Source: Candidatus Bathyarchaeota archaeon
Lineage (GTDB): Archaea; Thermoproteota; Bathyarchaeia; TCS64
Direction: 5' to 3'
Assembly (NCBI GenBank): GCA_041304325.1
Contig: JBFYNP010000067.1
Coordinates: 3,070 to 67,069 of the forward strand
Length of the DNA: 64,000 bases
Part shown: piece after piece, positions 48,790-58,967 of the stretch
Numbering within the stretch: the first letter of the stretch is position 1
Layout: every line of letters begins with the position of its first letter
The notes under the pieces: model-generated
What the model saw: only the letters and a program-made list of their open reading frames with translations
What the model was told of the DNA's origin: nothing
The model's database searches: none
Position numbers and translations under genes: made by a program

Positions 48790-50247
48790 ATGATAGGATT
48801 CAAATCAAAATGGATTGTTGCCTACGATGGTAACGAACATCGCCTTCTTAGAGACGGTGAGTTAATTTTAGAAGGCAATAGGATTGAATATGTCGGAAAG
48901 AAATATTCGGGGCAAGTAGATGAATGGATTGATGCATCTCATCACGTAATCACTCCGGGTTTTTTCTGTACTCACGCTCATGCGGCTTCTGCTCCGAAGG
49001 ATAAGAGCTTCATCGATGATATTGGAGCTAAACATTTCTACATGTCTTCTTTGGGGGAGAATCTAACAGCCTTAGGAATGAGTATGAAACCTGATGATTA
49101 CCATGTTTACGCGAAATACAGTATTGCTGAACTGCTAACAAGCGGATGTACCACCATGGTAGAAATAGGCATGGTAGGAAGTCTTGGTGCAGAAAAGACA
49201 ATCAAATATATTGAAGAAATGGGAATACGAGCCGTCGAAGGGGTAGGAATCGAAGATGGTACATGGAGTCGATCTCAAGGAGCTAATCTCGTAACAGAGT
49301 GGAGAGAACTTGAATATGGATTAAAACAACTTGACGAAGCTGAAAAATTCGTTAAAAAATATGATGGTAAACTCGAAGGCAGATTGATTGGTGCATTATA
49401 TCCGTCTACAGTTGATAAGGTAAGTGCTAAGCTTCAAAACGCAGTTCGCGAAAAAGCGAATGAGTTAAAGTGTCCGGTAAGCATCCACGCGGGGCAATGG
49501 GCTATCGAGTTCCAGAATATGATAAGGATGTACCGAAAAACACCGATAGAGTTTCTGCATGAAACAGGTCTTCTAAACAAAGACCTTATAATTGGACATG
49601 GTTGGGCAATAGCTGGGCATCCCCTATTAGGATACCCGCCAGTTGAAGGAACAGATGACCTTGCTTTGCTAGCCAAATCCGGAGCTACAGTTAGTCATGA
49701 TCCGCTTGTCTTTTTGAAACGTGGAAATAAAATGTGCAGTCATACAAAATATCTGCAAGCTGGAGTAAACGTATCAATAGGCTGTGACACGAGTCCACAA
49801 GATATTTTAAATGAAATGCGAATGGCAAGCTACGTTACAAAACTAGCAGATTCAAGCTGTTTTAGTGGTAGTGCAAAAGAAATTTTCAACAGCGCAACAT
49901 TAGGAGGTGCAAAAGCAATCCAGAAAAATAATTTGGGAAAAATAATCAAAGGTGCATTAGCTGACATTGTGATCATAGACATGCAAACAATAAATAATGT
50001 CCCATGTCGCGATCCGGTTAAAAATATAGTTAATTGCGCAACAAGAAACGATGTTAAACACGTAATTATAAATGGTGAATTCGTAGTAAAAGATGGAAAG
50101 CTACTAACCATTAACGAACAGGAATTAGTTAAACAAGTCCAAAAAACGACTCAAGCAGTTTGGGATAGAATACCTGAGAATCATTACCTCAACCAGAACA
50201 GCGACGAAGTAAGCCCACAGAGCTTCAAAATATGGAACGGAGACTAA
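48790..50247 (+). CDS. Amidohydrolase-family protein (chlorohydrolase/aminohydrolase, SsnA/MtaD-like)
   Basis: Has TPGFFCTHAHA (HxH metal site), SIHAG, GHG and CDTSPQD motifs. Confidence 0.8.
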   Translation: MIGFKSKWIVAYDGNEHRLLRDGELILEGNRIEYVGKKYSGQVDEWIDASHHVITPGFFCTHAHAASAPKDKSFIDDIGAKHFYMSSLGENLTALGMSMKPDDYHVYAKYSIAELLTSGCTTMVEIGMVGSLGAEKTIKYIEEMGIRAVEGVGIEDGTWSRSQGANLVTEWRELEYGLKQLDEAEKFVKKYDGKLEGRLIGALYPSTVDKVSAKLQNAVREKANELKCPVSIHAGQWAIEFQNMIRMYRKTPIEFLHETGLLNKDLIIGHGWAIAGHPLLGYPPVEGTDDLALLAKSGATVSHDPLVFLKRGNKMCSHTKYLQAGVNVSIGCDTSPQDILNEMRMASYVTKLADSSCFSGSAKEIFNSATLGGAKAIQKNNLGKIIKGALADIVIIDMQTINNVPCRDPVKNIVNCATRNDVKHVIINGEFVVKDGKLLTINEQELVKQVQKTTQAVWDRIPENHYLNQNSDEVSPQSFKIWNGD

Positions 50248-50278
50248 ACTTGTCAAAAAAATCGGGCGCACAAATGTC

Positions 50279-51244
50279 TTATTCTATATAAACCCAGCCA
50301 ATTGGGATAGATTGGGTTTTCCAAGTTCCGCCTGGAGAGTCTTTTTTAGCCCTTATGTATTGAGTGACTTTTGTTCCAAAAGCATCTGCACAAGCGACAG
50401 TGATTGCTTCCGGTGTTCTTGAGGGCTCTGACGTATCAGGGTCTCTCTTTTCCTGGTGACTTAAAATAATATTTATCAACTTAACTCGAGTTATATCCGG
50501 AAATTCAGGTATGGCATTGATCCTTTTTGAGACAGTTTCTGCCGAGAGGTATACATGCCCCATCATGAACCCTTCTTTGCTCTCACTCAACCCTAGGGGC
50601 TCCGAATTTTCTCTTAATATACCGATATCGTGTAGAAAAGCACCTGCATAAACCATGTCTTTTTCCAAAGAGGGGTGGAGTTTACATGATAATTCGCAAT
50701 ATTGAAGCACTTCCCATGTGTGCTCTAACAATCCGCCAACACAGGCATGGTGTTGCATCCTGGCTCCGTAAAACACTCTAAACTTTCTTACAAACTCTTC
50801 GTCATTGATGAAAGAGCTTACAAGGACTTTAAGGAAAGGATCCGTAATAGAGTTCATCAGACCAGTTATGTAAGTCCACATAACACCATTGTCCTGATTT
50901 GATTGTGATACAAAATCCGCAAGATCATATTCCTCAGGATCGGCAACACGCATTGAGCTTCCATCTCTGCTACTGACTACAATCTGATGGGCTCCTTCAT
51001 GGGTATTTTTTATTCCTTTAACATTAACGACTTCACCGATCTTGATAAGAGAATCTAGCTCTTTGCAGTTAATTGTGGCGCCACTGAATATTACATACTT
51101 TATATTTCCTGTGTTGTCACCTAGGTCGCCAGCTATTATTTCTCCTCTACCTGTAGCAATAGCTTTGTATGATTTTGATTTGCATTGCAAATAGGCGTCG
51201 ACTCGGGTTCCATCTGCAAGGGCTTTGATATCGGAGCACTTCAA
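50279..51244 (-). CDS. OB-fold plus HD-domain phosphohydrolase (YhaM-like)
   Basis: An N-terminal OB-like beta domain is followed by HHACVGGLLEH...FLHDIG (an HD motif). TTG start. Confidence 0.7.
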   Translation of the reverse strand: MKCSDIKALADGTRVDAYLQCKSKSYKAIATGRGEIIAGDLGDNTGNIKYVIFSGATINCKELDSLIKIGEVVNVKGIKNTHEGAHQIVVSSRDGSSMRVADPEEYDLADFVSQSNQDNGVMWTYITGLMNSITDPFLKVLVSSFINDEEFVRKFRVFYGARMQHHACVGGLLEHTWEVLQYCELSCKLHPSLEKDMVYAGAFLHDIGILRENSEPLGLSESKEGFMMGHVYLSAETVSKRINAIPEFPDITRVKLINIILSHQEKRDPDTSEPSRTPEAITVACADAFGTKVTQYIRAKKDSPGGTWKTQSIPIGWVYIE

Positions 51245-51533
51245 GAAAGTTCATGTAAACTTAAATTGACTTATATTTAGAGGATTCGGATTTACTCGTT
51301 GTTTATTGTTCAAATAATCGCAATGACTTCTTAAAATAACAATCCAACATCACAATACACGTCCGGTTTTCTAACTTTAATTTATAAATATTTGAGTAAT
51401 ATTTGATAATGAGTATGCTTAGTCTTGATAGATTGTTATAGATATTTGATATCCTATTGGTCGCGGAGAATTAATTGGTGAAATTACACCAGATCTTAGG
51501 CTACAGTGGATTAAGGAACTTCAAGAAGCTCCC

Positions 51534-51962
51534 ATGAGACTTCGAATAGCTGTAGAAGGCCTATCTGATAAGCAGCTTGACACACCGTATCGCCTTGGGG
51601 GTTGGACTGCTCGCCAGATTGTGCATCATATATGTGATAGTAACCTTAACAGCTATATCCGTTTCAAAATGGCTTTGACAGAAGATAATCCAGCAATCAA
51701 GCTTTGGAATCAGGAAAGTTGGGCAAATTTAATTGACGCCAAGACAGCTCCGGTTAATGTTTCACTGGATCTGCTTGACTCATTACATATCCGTTGGGTG
51801 ATGTTTCTTAGATCACTTTCAGAAGTGGATTTTTCCCGCACCTTCACTCATCCCGAATCTGGTATCGTTAGCATTGAGCGGAATATATGGAATTATTCAT
51901 GGCATAGCCGTCATCATACTGCTCAGATTATTAGCCTTCGAGAGAGAATGGGTTGGAAATAA
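51534..51962 (+). CDS. DinB_2 / YfiT(BstA)-like putative thiol S-transferase; the 5' end appears damaged or non-canonical
   Basis: LDTPYRLGGWTARQIVHHICDSNLNSYIRFKMALTE and WHSRHHTAQI match the YfiT metal-binding His triad. The conserved YPIG N-terminal motif lies in frame upstream (from 51450), directly after a TGA. Confidence 0.8.
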   Translation: MRLRIAVEGLSDKQLDTPYRLGGWTARQIVHHICDSNLNSYIRFKMALTEDNPAIKLWNQESWANLIDAKTAPVNVSLDLLDSLHIRWVMFLRSLSEVDFSRTFTHPESGIVSIERNIWNYSWHSRHHTAQIISLRERMGWK

Positions 51963-52392
51963 CTAACCAATTTTATAAGGTTTAGACTTCACGCGCAAAA
52001 TATATTCAATATTTAATAATTATAGTTATTTTCATATACTTCCTATTATCTTTGTAGAAATCATTTTTTATTTTTAGAGTTAAACCAAAGATATTGTAAT
52101 CCTAATTCAGCTAAAAATAGAATAAAAATCCCGACTAGTTTATCTGGATTTGACCCTAATGACAACATCAATTTCATTCCTCTTTTAAGATATTACGTTT
52201 TCTAAACATCATCTCTTCTTCGAAACTAATTCATACCTATACTATCTTATGTAATTCTCGATATTAACAATAGCTCTATTTTAATTTAATGAATCCATCA
52301 TAGAGTTATTGAAAACACATTTTAAATAATGATATTCTATAAACCTAAAATCTACTATTAATAGATTAATCGCTAAAAAATTTTATTTTCAT

Positions 52393-53136
52393 TTAATCGC
52401 CGATGAGCTTTTTCAAGTTAAGTGTAGCCTGTGATCCTATTTTCTCAAGTGTGGATCCTTTGATCTTTGCGATCGCCCCACATACAGGAAGGAGATTCTC
52501 AGGATTTCCACCATCAGTTTCTGTGAGCAAAAGGTTTAGAGGTATAAGTTTAACCGCTTGCAAGAACTCAAAGGAAGGCTCTCGAATTATGCTCCGACCT
52601 ACAGAGAGATAAATACCAAGTTTTTCACATCTCTCTACATAAGCTGAATCCTTGTTAAAACCATGAATAGCTGCCCCGCGTTTCGCTGCTCCAGTATTTT
52701 CTAAAATATCTAGTACCTCCTGCCCTGAAGCCCGATCATGAACTAGAACGGGTAATGCCAAATCTTCCGCAAGAGCTAACTGTGCACTGAGTGTTTCGCG
52801 TTGGATATTCGGATCGATAAATCGATCCTCTCGGACCCACTCTTTAGTCATCCTACCTATGAAGTCAAGCCCTATTTCGCTGATCGCGACGACTTTTGGG
52901 TGCGCTGCAAGACCTCGAATTAGTCCCTTAGCATAGTCTCCATACTCATCTGCGTACCATGGATGTATCCCTACACAAGCTCTCACGATAGAATGTTTAC
53001 CTGAGATTTTAACCGCAGATTCACAGCTTTGTGCATCTATTCCTGCATCTAAAAGTAATTCAAATCCAATCTCTTCAGCTTTCCTCACACTTTCAGGCGT
53101 TATCGACCCTAGATGACAATGACTCTCAGAGAACAT
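52393..53136 (-). CDS. TatD-family metal-dependent hydrolase
   Basis: Has the FSESHCHLG start, GIHPW, EIGLD, LVHDR and ETDG motifs. Confidence 0.88.
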   Translation of the reverse strand: MFSESHCHLGSITPESVRKAEEIGFELLLDAGIDAQSCESAVKISGKHSIVRACVGIHPWYADEYGDYAKGLIRGLAAHPKVVAISEIGLDFIGRMTKEWVREDRFIDPNIQRETLSAQLALAEDLALPVLVHDRASGQEVLDILENTGAAKRGAAIHGFNKDSAYVERCEKLGIYLSVGRSIIREPSFEFLQAVKLIPLNLLLTETDGGNPENLLPVCGAIAKIKGSTLEKIGSQATLNLKKLIGD

Positions 53137-53289
53137 GTTGAAAAAATACTACATCTTCTATTTTTACATTTTGGCTTTTATCTACATACACTCAATTCTA
53201 GAACAACATTTGTCTAAAATCTACGAAATATTTAGATTCCAAGTTCAGTCGATTCTTACTCGATACGCAATAAAAAAGAATATTTGTAA

Positions 53290-53805
53290 TTAGGGAGGTG
53301 AAATAGCAACGGATTCATAGAAAAATACTGTGGTTGTATTTACTCTAATAAAATAAGATTTATTGTTAATTATCGAATTTTCACCTGGATCATTTTGCCA
53401 TCCAGTACTACCATCTAATTGGCTAATCTTAGGATGTGCAGTATCCAAATAAAATGTAACGCATTCACCTACGCCAACTGTACCTACGGCGTTGTTTGCA
53501 CCTGTTGGGGTGTAGTAGTTATCTGTGAAAGTAGTGGAACCAATCTTATTTTCACGAATGCTAATGGATTCTATCGCTGCAGATTTACTGCCCGTATTTC
53601 TTATTTTTATTTCCACACGATCTTCCTCACCTAAATAATCGAGCTTCCAATTAATATCCTCAATTCTTATCCAGGTCTGTGTCTGAATCGACTGAGATTC
53701 TACCATGGACATAACCCAACTATATGTTAACCCACTCACTACAATCGATGTAGAGATAAGAAGTAAAGTTGTTACAAGAAGACTCAATCCTTTTCTATTA
53801 TTCAT
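53290..53805 (-). CDS. Archaeal type IV pilin-like protein (class III signal peptide)
   Basis: The MNNRKGLS-LLVTTLLLISTSIVV N-terminus has a KG/LS prepilin peptidase-type site followed by a hydrophobic helix. Confidence 0.55.
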   Translation of the reverse strand: MNNRKGLSLLVTTLLLISTSIVVSGLTYSWVMSMVESQSIQTQTWIRIEDINWKLDYLGEEDRVEIKIRNTGSKSAAIESISIRENKIGSTTFTDNYYTPTGANNAVGTVGVGECVTFYLDTAHPKISQLDGSTGWQNDPGENSIINNKSYFIRVNTTTVFFYESVAISPP

Positions 53806-53903
53806 CTTCCTCACAACCTCTGAACTAAAATACACTTGATTTTTAATATTTAATGATAATAGAATTAACAGTATAGATTTAGGATCTTAAACTAGCTCTT
53901 TTT

Positions 53904-54809
53904 TTATGATGGTTTCACTTCGTTCCTGAGTGCCCATTTAGAATACTCTGCAAAACCAATGATATTAGGGAAGGCAGCTCTAGTTCGACTTCCTGAACTC
54001 TCTTGCGCGAGCCTGAAGATCGGGTCATTTTCTAATAGCAGATCATAGGTTTGATTTAGGTCCATTCTATCTTTAACTGCCTGAGTGATAACTCGGTTCC
54101 AGAGTTGGAGCTGTTCTTTGTATAGGATTAGTTTTTTGACCGCATCATAGCTCCAGCCGAAGTGGCTGAAGCAGATTATCTCGGGCCTGAGTGAGATGAG
54201 CTTATCAAGGCTTTCAACAGCCTTTACCGGGTTGAATGGGGGCGGCGAAGCGGGGAAGATTTGATTACTCCTTTTAGAATATAAGCCACTAACGTCCCCG
54301 AGAATTAGTATCTTGTTTTCCGGTTCATAGAAGCTTTGGCAGTGGGTAGCATGCCCAGGCGTGTAAATGACCTTGAGTGTAATTCCTCCGAGTTCGAGAT
54401 CTCCTTCTTTTGACTCGGAGATCTTCATTAAATTGACTCCACGGATCTCTCCGTAAAGGTTGAATCTATCACCGAAGAATAGCTTAGCAGCTTCCACGAG
54501 TTTCCCGGGATCCACGATGTGTTCTATCCCTTTTGGGTGAACAAGTACCTCAGATTCTGGAAAAGCATCGACCATTTGCCATGTGCCTCCACTATGGTCT
54601 AGATGGACGTGAGTAAGAGAGATGTACCTCAGTTTACGGATTTCTAAATTTTTTAGCTCAGCGAGCACACCAGATATTGCTGGGGATGGTCCGGGATCGA
54701 TTAGCATGCTCTCCTCACTTTTTATAAGGTAGGTGCTTAGAACACCCTGCTCCCCATGATAGGGAGAGTCTATCATGTATACAGGACCAAGAATATGATG
54801 AAAGGTCAT
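53904..54809 (-). CDS. MBL-fold metallo-hydrolase
   Basis: Has the THVHLDHSGG motif, with TPGH and a downstream His. Confidence 0.85.
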   Translation of the reverse strand: MTFHHILGPVYMIDSPYHGEQGVLSTYLIKSEESMLIDPGPSPAISGVLAELKNLEIRKLRYISLTHVHLDHSGGTWQMVDAFPESEVLVHPKGIEHIVDPGKLVEAAKLFFGDRFNLYGEIRGVNLMKISESKEGDLELGGITLKVIYTPGHATHCQSFYEPENKILILGDVSGLYSKRSNQIFPASPPPFNPVKAVESLDKLISLRPEIICFSHFGWSYDAVKKLILYKEQLQLWNRVITQAVKDRMDLNQTYDLLLENDPIFRLAQESSGSRTRAAFPNIIGFAEYSKWALRNEVKPS

Positions 54810-55426
54810 GAATGCTTCAAATAGCTCTAGGTTTTTATGTCTTCCACTTAGTAACTAAGAATAATCCATCATTAAGCCATTCACAAACCCCGAGGCAATA
54901 ATCAAAAGATCGATGAAAATCACGAAAGTAGGAATATTGACGATTGTGCAAGTGTTCCAGATGTGTATCTTTGAAGGAGATATTCTAGAGCGAAGTTGAA
55001 GCATCCGCTAACAATATCGTTTAATGTGCATTCATACTCTCTCCGATAAATCCTCTTATGACATCCTTAGCGATCTCCTATACCCCAATAATGTTGATGA
55101 AAACAACTCGAGCTCCACAATACTTATTGGAATCATCGTTATCCCACCGAACAAGGACTTCAACCATGAAATGAATTCACCCCAGAAAGACGAGTACTCT
55201 AGAACCATCCAGGCGAAGACTAGAAGAAAAATGCCGAAGCCTAAGTTATCAATCTAAGCGATTCGAAAGTTTCCATGGAACCCAGGATATAGTTTTTGTT
55301 CATAATAAACTTATTCACCGTATCTTATATAATAAGCTGCATCAAGTGGAAAGCCTTCTCCAAATTTCCTGCAGAAAACCATTCGGTCCACAATAAATAT
55401 TATTTATATCTCAATTTAAATTTAGT

Positions 55427-56272
55427 TCAATCAATTTCAGATGACTGATATTTCCATCTTAGATTGAACATATCTGCCAATCCCCTAACAACTCCAGGAT
55501 GTGCAGTAATCGCAGCTTCTCGAAGATAATACGGTACCTTTTCCTCTTCAACAAGAAACAAGGCCCTACCACCCTGCTTCGGATCGATTATGTTCCCTCG
55601 TATCAGGACCTCATCGGTTACTCTTACCTCAATATTTCCTCTTAATTCATTTATCTTTACCAATATCTCATCCCTTTTTTTAGCATCAGATTCAGTTAAG
55701 GTTCCTCGAGATCTTAGAAGCATTCTTATTTGAACGCCTCTAGTGGCAGCGGCTTGGAGTTCAACCTCCACATCTTTGAAATATTCCATAGCTCGGGTAA
55801 GTATCATGATCTCATTCTTTGCTAACTTTAACAGTTTTTTAGTTTCCTCAATACTAACCTCACCTACACCCACAACCCTAATTAGAGGAGTTCGAACCTT
55901 CACTTTCCCACCTTTCATGAAAAGATCGGAAGCAAGATTTGTGAAGTCATTCCGAGAAGACTCAATGGTAATTAATTTTCGACTAATCTCAGCTTTTGCA
56001 TCCGTAATAAGTGCCTCCGAAATTTCACTAGGTAAAAGAGGAGCATACAAAATAGGCCTCCCTGGACGAAAAATTACGAGTCCCTTCTGACTGAGTTCCT
56101 CTAGGACGCCATAGATACGTGCATTGGGTACTCCACAAGCTTTACTTAATTCCGTGGCTTTTGTCTCTCCCAGATACATAAGATAACTAAGAGCCGAAGC
56201 TTGATACTCATTAAGCCCCATATTTGAAAGCATATATTTGAGTTGTTCTATCTGGCTCTGCACGAATATCAT
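55427..56272 (-). CDS. TrmB-family transcriptional regulator
   Basis: The N-terminal wHTH reads GLNEYQASALSYLMYLGETKATELSKACGVPNARIYGVLEELSQKGLV. Has a C-terminal TrmB-type effector domain. Confidence 0.8.
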   Translation of the reverse strand: MIFVQSQIEQLKYMLSNMGLNEYQASALSYLMYLGETKATELSKACGVPNARIYGVLEELSQKGLVIFRPGRPILYAPLLPSEISEALITDAKAEISRKLITIESSRNDFTNLASDLFMKGGKVKVRTPLIRVVGVGEVSIEETKKLLKLAKNEIMILTRAMEYFKDVEVELQAAATRGVQIRMLLRSRGTLTESDAKKRDEILVKINELRGNIEVRVTDEVLIRGNIIDPKQGGRALFLVEEEKVPYYLREAAITAHPGVVRGLADMFNLRWKYQSSEID

Positions 56273-56382
56273 GATTTCATTTGTAATATAATATTGTTAC
56301 CTCGAATATGTGATTAACATACATTTATTAGTGGATTAAATCACTATCTTCCAGTAGTAAATAAACTCTCTGTGGGTTCGAT

Positions 56383-57537
56383 ATGAAAGTCATGATAATG
56401 GGCATGGATGGTTACCTCGGATGGACCCTCAGCATGCATATGTCCGCTCGAGGACATGATGTATGCGGTATAGATAACTACCTTCGAAGAAAAACTGTGA
56501 AGGAAATAGGATCCGATAGTGCCACACCTATAAATAGCATGAAAGATCGGATAAAATCATACGAGAAATCCTCAGGTAAGGAGCTCCGTTTCTACGAAGG
56601 AGACCTCACCCACTACGACTTTGTAGAACACATTATCCAAAGGGAGAAACCTGAGGCCATTATCCATCTAGGTGAGATTCCCTCTGCTCCATACAGTATG
56701 ATTGATGTGGATCACGCAAATTTTACTCAAGTTAACAACATTATTGGGAATAATAACATCCTCTTCGCCATGAAAAAACATGTACCTGAATGCCACCTGG
56801 TTAAACTCGGTACAATGGGAGAATATGGAACTCCTAATGTCGATATTCCTGAAGGTTTTTTCGATATTGAGTACAGAGGACGAAAGGAAAGATTACCATT
56901 TCCAAGGCAGCCCGGAAGTTGGTATCATCTCAGTAAGGTCCATGATACAAATAATATCATGTTTTCATGTCGCATATGGGGGCTTCGTAGCACAGACATA
57001 ATGCAGGGAGTTGTTCACGGCGTAGTCACTGATGATATGATTAATGATAACCTACTAACTCGATTCGACTTTGACGAGGTCTTCGGCACTGCTATCAATA
57101 GATTCTGCGCTCAAGCAGTCATAGGCCATGAAGTTACACCATATGGAAAAGGAGGTCAGACTAGAGGATACATTGCGCTACGAGATAGCATGCAGTGCAT
57201 TACTCTTGCGACCGAGAACCCTGCAGCGAAAGGTGAATACCGAGTATTCAATCAGTTCGATAAAACGTATAGTGTTAATGATCTTGCTGAACATGTGGTT
57301 AAGGTTGCTTTAGAGTTCGGTTTGGATACAAAAATATGGAATATAGAGAATCCTCGTGTTGAAATGGAGAACCACTATTATAACCCAGATTGTAGGAAGC
57401 TCCCTGATCTTGGGTTTAAGCCTGCTCATGACCTTGATGATGAGTTACGACTCACCATACCTATACTAATAAAGTATAGAGAAAATATTCAGGCGAAGCG
57501 TAACTTTATTGATCCTAAAATTAAGTGGCGTGGGTAA
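56383..57537 (+). CDS. UDP-sulfoquinovose synthase (SQD1/SqdB/Agl3 family SDR)
   Basis: GMDGYLGW, GEIPSAPYSMID, CHLVKLGTMGEYGTPNVDIPEG, SWYHLSKVHD and TDIMQGVVHG track plant SQD1 closely. Confidence 0.85.
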   Translation: MKVMIMGMDGYLGWTLSMHMSARGHDVCGIDNYLRRKTVKEIGSDSATPINSMKDRIKSYEKSSGKELRFYEGDLTHYDFVEHIIQREKPEAIIHLGEIPSAPYSMIDVDHANFTQVNNIIGNNNILFAMKKHVPECHLVKLGTMGEYGTPNVDIPEGFFDIEYRGRKERLPFPRQPGSWYHLSKVHDTNNIMFSCRIWGLRSTDIMQGVVHGVVTDDMINDNLLTRFDFDEVFGTAINRFCAQAVIGHEVTPYGKGGQTRGYIALRDSMQCITLATENPAAKGEYRVFNQFDKTYSVNDLAEHVVKVALEFGLDTKIWNIENPRVEMENHYYNPDCRKLPDLGFKPAHDLDDELRLTIPILIKYRENIQAKRNFIDPKIKWRG

Positions 57538-57577
57538 ACAACTTAAAACTACATCAAGTGCATCTTAAGTGAATGTT

Positions 57578-58519
57578 ATGAAAGTTGCTGTAACTGGAGG
57601 AGCTGGCTATATTGGTTCAACCCTTATACGTAACCTTGTATCTCAGGGACACGATGTAATCTCTATTGATAATCTCTCTCTTGGAGACTATAGCTATCTT
57701 AAAGAGATCAAAGGAAGAGAAAAAATCAAGTTAAAAATTGGCGATATTCGTGAAGAAGACACTCTGATACAAGCATTCGAGGGTGTCGATGCTATTGCTC
57801 ATCTGGCAGCTCTTCCAGGTCTTTTATTATGTGATGAGAAGCCTGAAGAGGCGATCTCTGTTAACGTTTATGGTACCTATAGAGTGCTTGAAGCTGCGAG
57901 GAAAATGGGTGTAAAGAGAGTGGTCTTCTGCTCTAGCGCTTCTACTTACGGTATTCCCACTCAATTACCTGTTACTGAGGATCATAAGCAACGCCCCCTG
58001 AACCTATATGGGGTCACAAAACTAACTAATGAAAAACAGCTTGAAACCTATCATGATAATTATGGCATGGAAACTGTAAGTCTCAGGTTTGGAAACGTTT
58101 ATGGTGTAGGAGTATACACCCATTGGACTACGGTTATCCCTAAATTCGTTAAAATGGGGTTAGAGGAAAAACCATTAACCATCTATGGTGATGGTATGAG
58201 CAGTAGAGATTATGTTCATGTTGAAGATATCAGTCAAGCCCTCATTCTAGGTATCACAGTCTCTGGAATTGGAGGTGAAACCTTTAACGTGGGTAGTGAG
58301 CCTACCACAATAGGAAAGGTTGCCAAAATTGTAGCGAATGAAGTCGAGGCGACAACGAATAAAAATGTGGAGATCATTTATTTACCTCCACGTTTAGGTG
58401 AAACAAAAGAGTTTACTTATGATCTAAAAAAAATTAAAACTAAGATGGGATATAAGCCGAAATGGAATATTAGAGAAGGCGTTAAACAGATAATTAAATA
58501 CAAGGTTAAATTAAGTTAA
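57578..58519 (+). CDS. NAD-dependent epimerase/dehydratase (UDP-glucose 4-epimerase-like)
   Basis: Has VTGGAGYIGS, SSASTYG and YGVTK (the YxxxK catalytic motif). Confidence 0.85.
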   Translation: MKVAVTGGAGYIGSTLIRNLVSQGHDVISIDNLSLGDYSYLKEIKGREKIKLKIGDIREEDTLIQAFEGVDAIAHLAALPGLLLCDEKPEEAISVNVYGTYRVLEAARKMGVKRVVFCSSASTYGIPTQLPVTEDHKQRPLNLYGVTKLTNEKQLETYHDNYGMETVSLRFGNVYGVGVYTHWTTVIPKFVKMGLEEKPLTIYGDGMSSRDYVHVEDISQALILGITVSGIGGETFNVGSEPTTIGKVAKIVANEVEATTNKNVEIIYLPPRLGETKEFTYDLKKIKTKMGYKPKWNIREGVKQIIKYKVKLS

Positions 58520-58590
58520 AGAAGTAAAAGCATTTGTGGTTTTGGAGTCAACTCGCTTAATTCAGATATAGTTTATAATTTAAAGAATAA

Positions 58591-58821
58591 TTATGCGACA
58601 ACTATCATCGTTAACGTCGATCTCACATGGTTAAGTCGACGAATTTTATTTGTTATCACGTCTTTCAACTCCTGCATTGTAGCAGCTTCCAAGCGAACCA
58701 CGAAGTCATAAACTCCGTATACTCCATAAACCTCTTTTACCTCAGCGATTTCTTGAAGTGCTTTTGAAACATCGGTGCCTTCTCCAAGATCAGTATTAAT
58801 TAATACAAAAGCATTGCTCAC
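58591..58821 (-). CDS. Stand-alone Lrp/AsnC ligand-binding (RAM) domain protein
   Basis: 76 aa. Has AFVLINT...VKEVYGVYGVYDFVVRLEA. Confidence 0.7.
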   Translation of the reverse strand: MSNAFVLINTDLGEGTDVSKALQEIAEVKEVYGVYGVYDFVVRLEAATMQELKDVITNKIRRLNHVRSTLTMIVVA

Positions 58822-58967
58822 ATCATCACCTTGTAAATCAATATCGCGAAAATGTTTTTAACTTTTTCCTGTTTACGCGCGCGTGCATTCTCCAAGCTTA
58901 ATGGTATATTACCCATCCGATTCACAAACATTTTTTCATTAGAGTCTATATTATCTTCAGGATATAA

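Noticed and set aside
55024-55257. 77-aa plus-strand ORF
   Set aside because: Its composition is low-complexity and polar with no motif. It lies antisense to a more protein-like hydrophobic frame, so it is probably not a gene.
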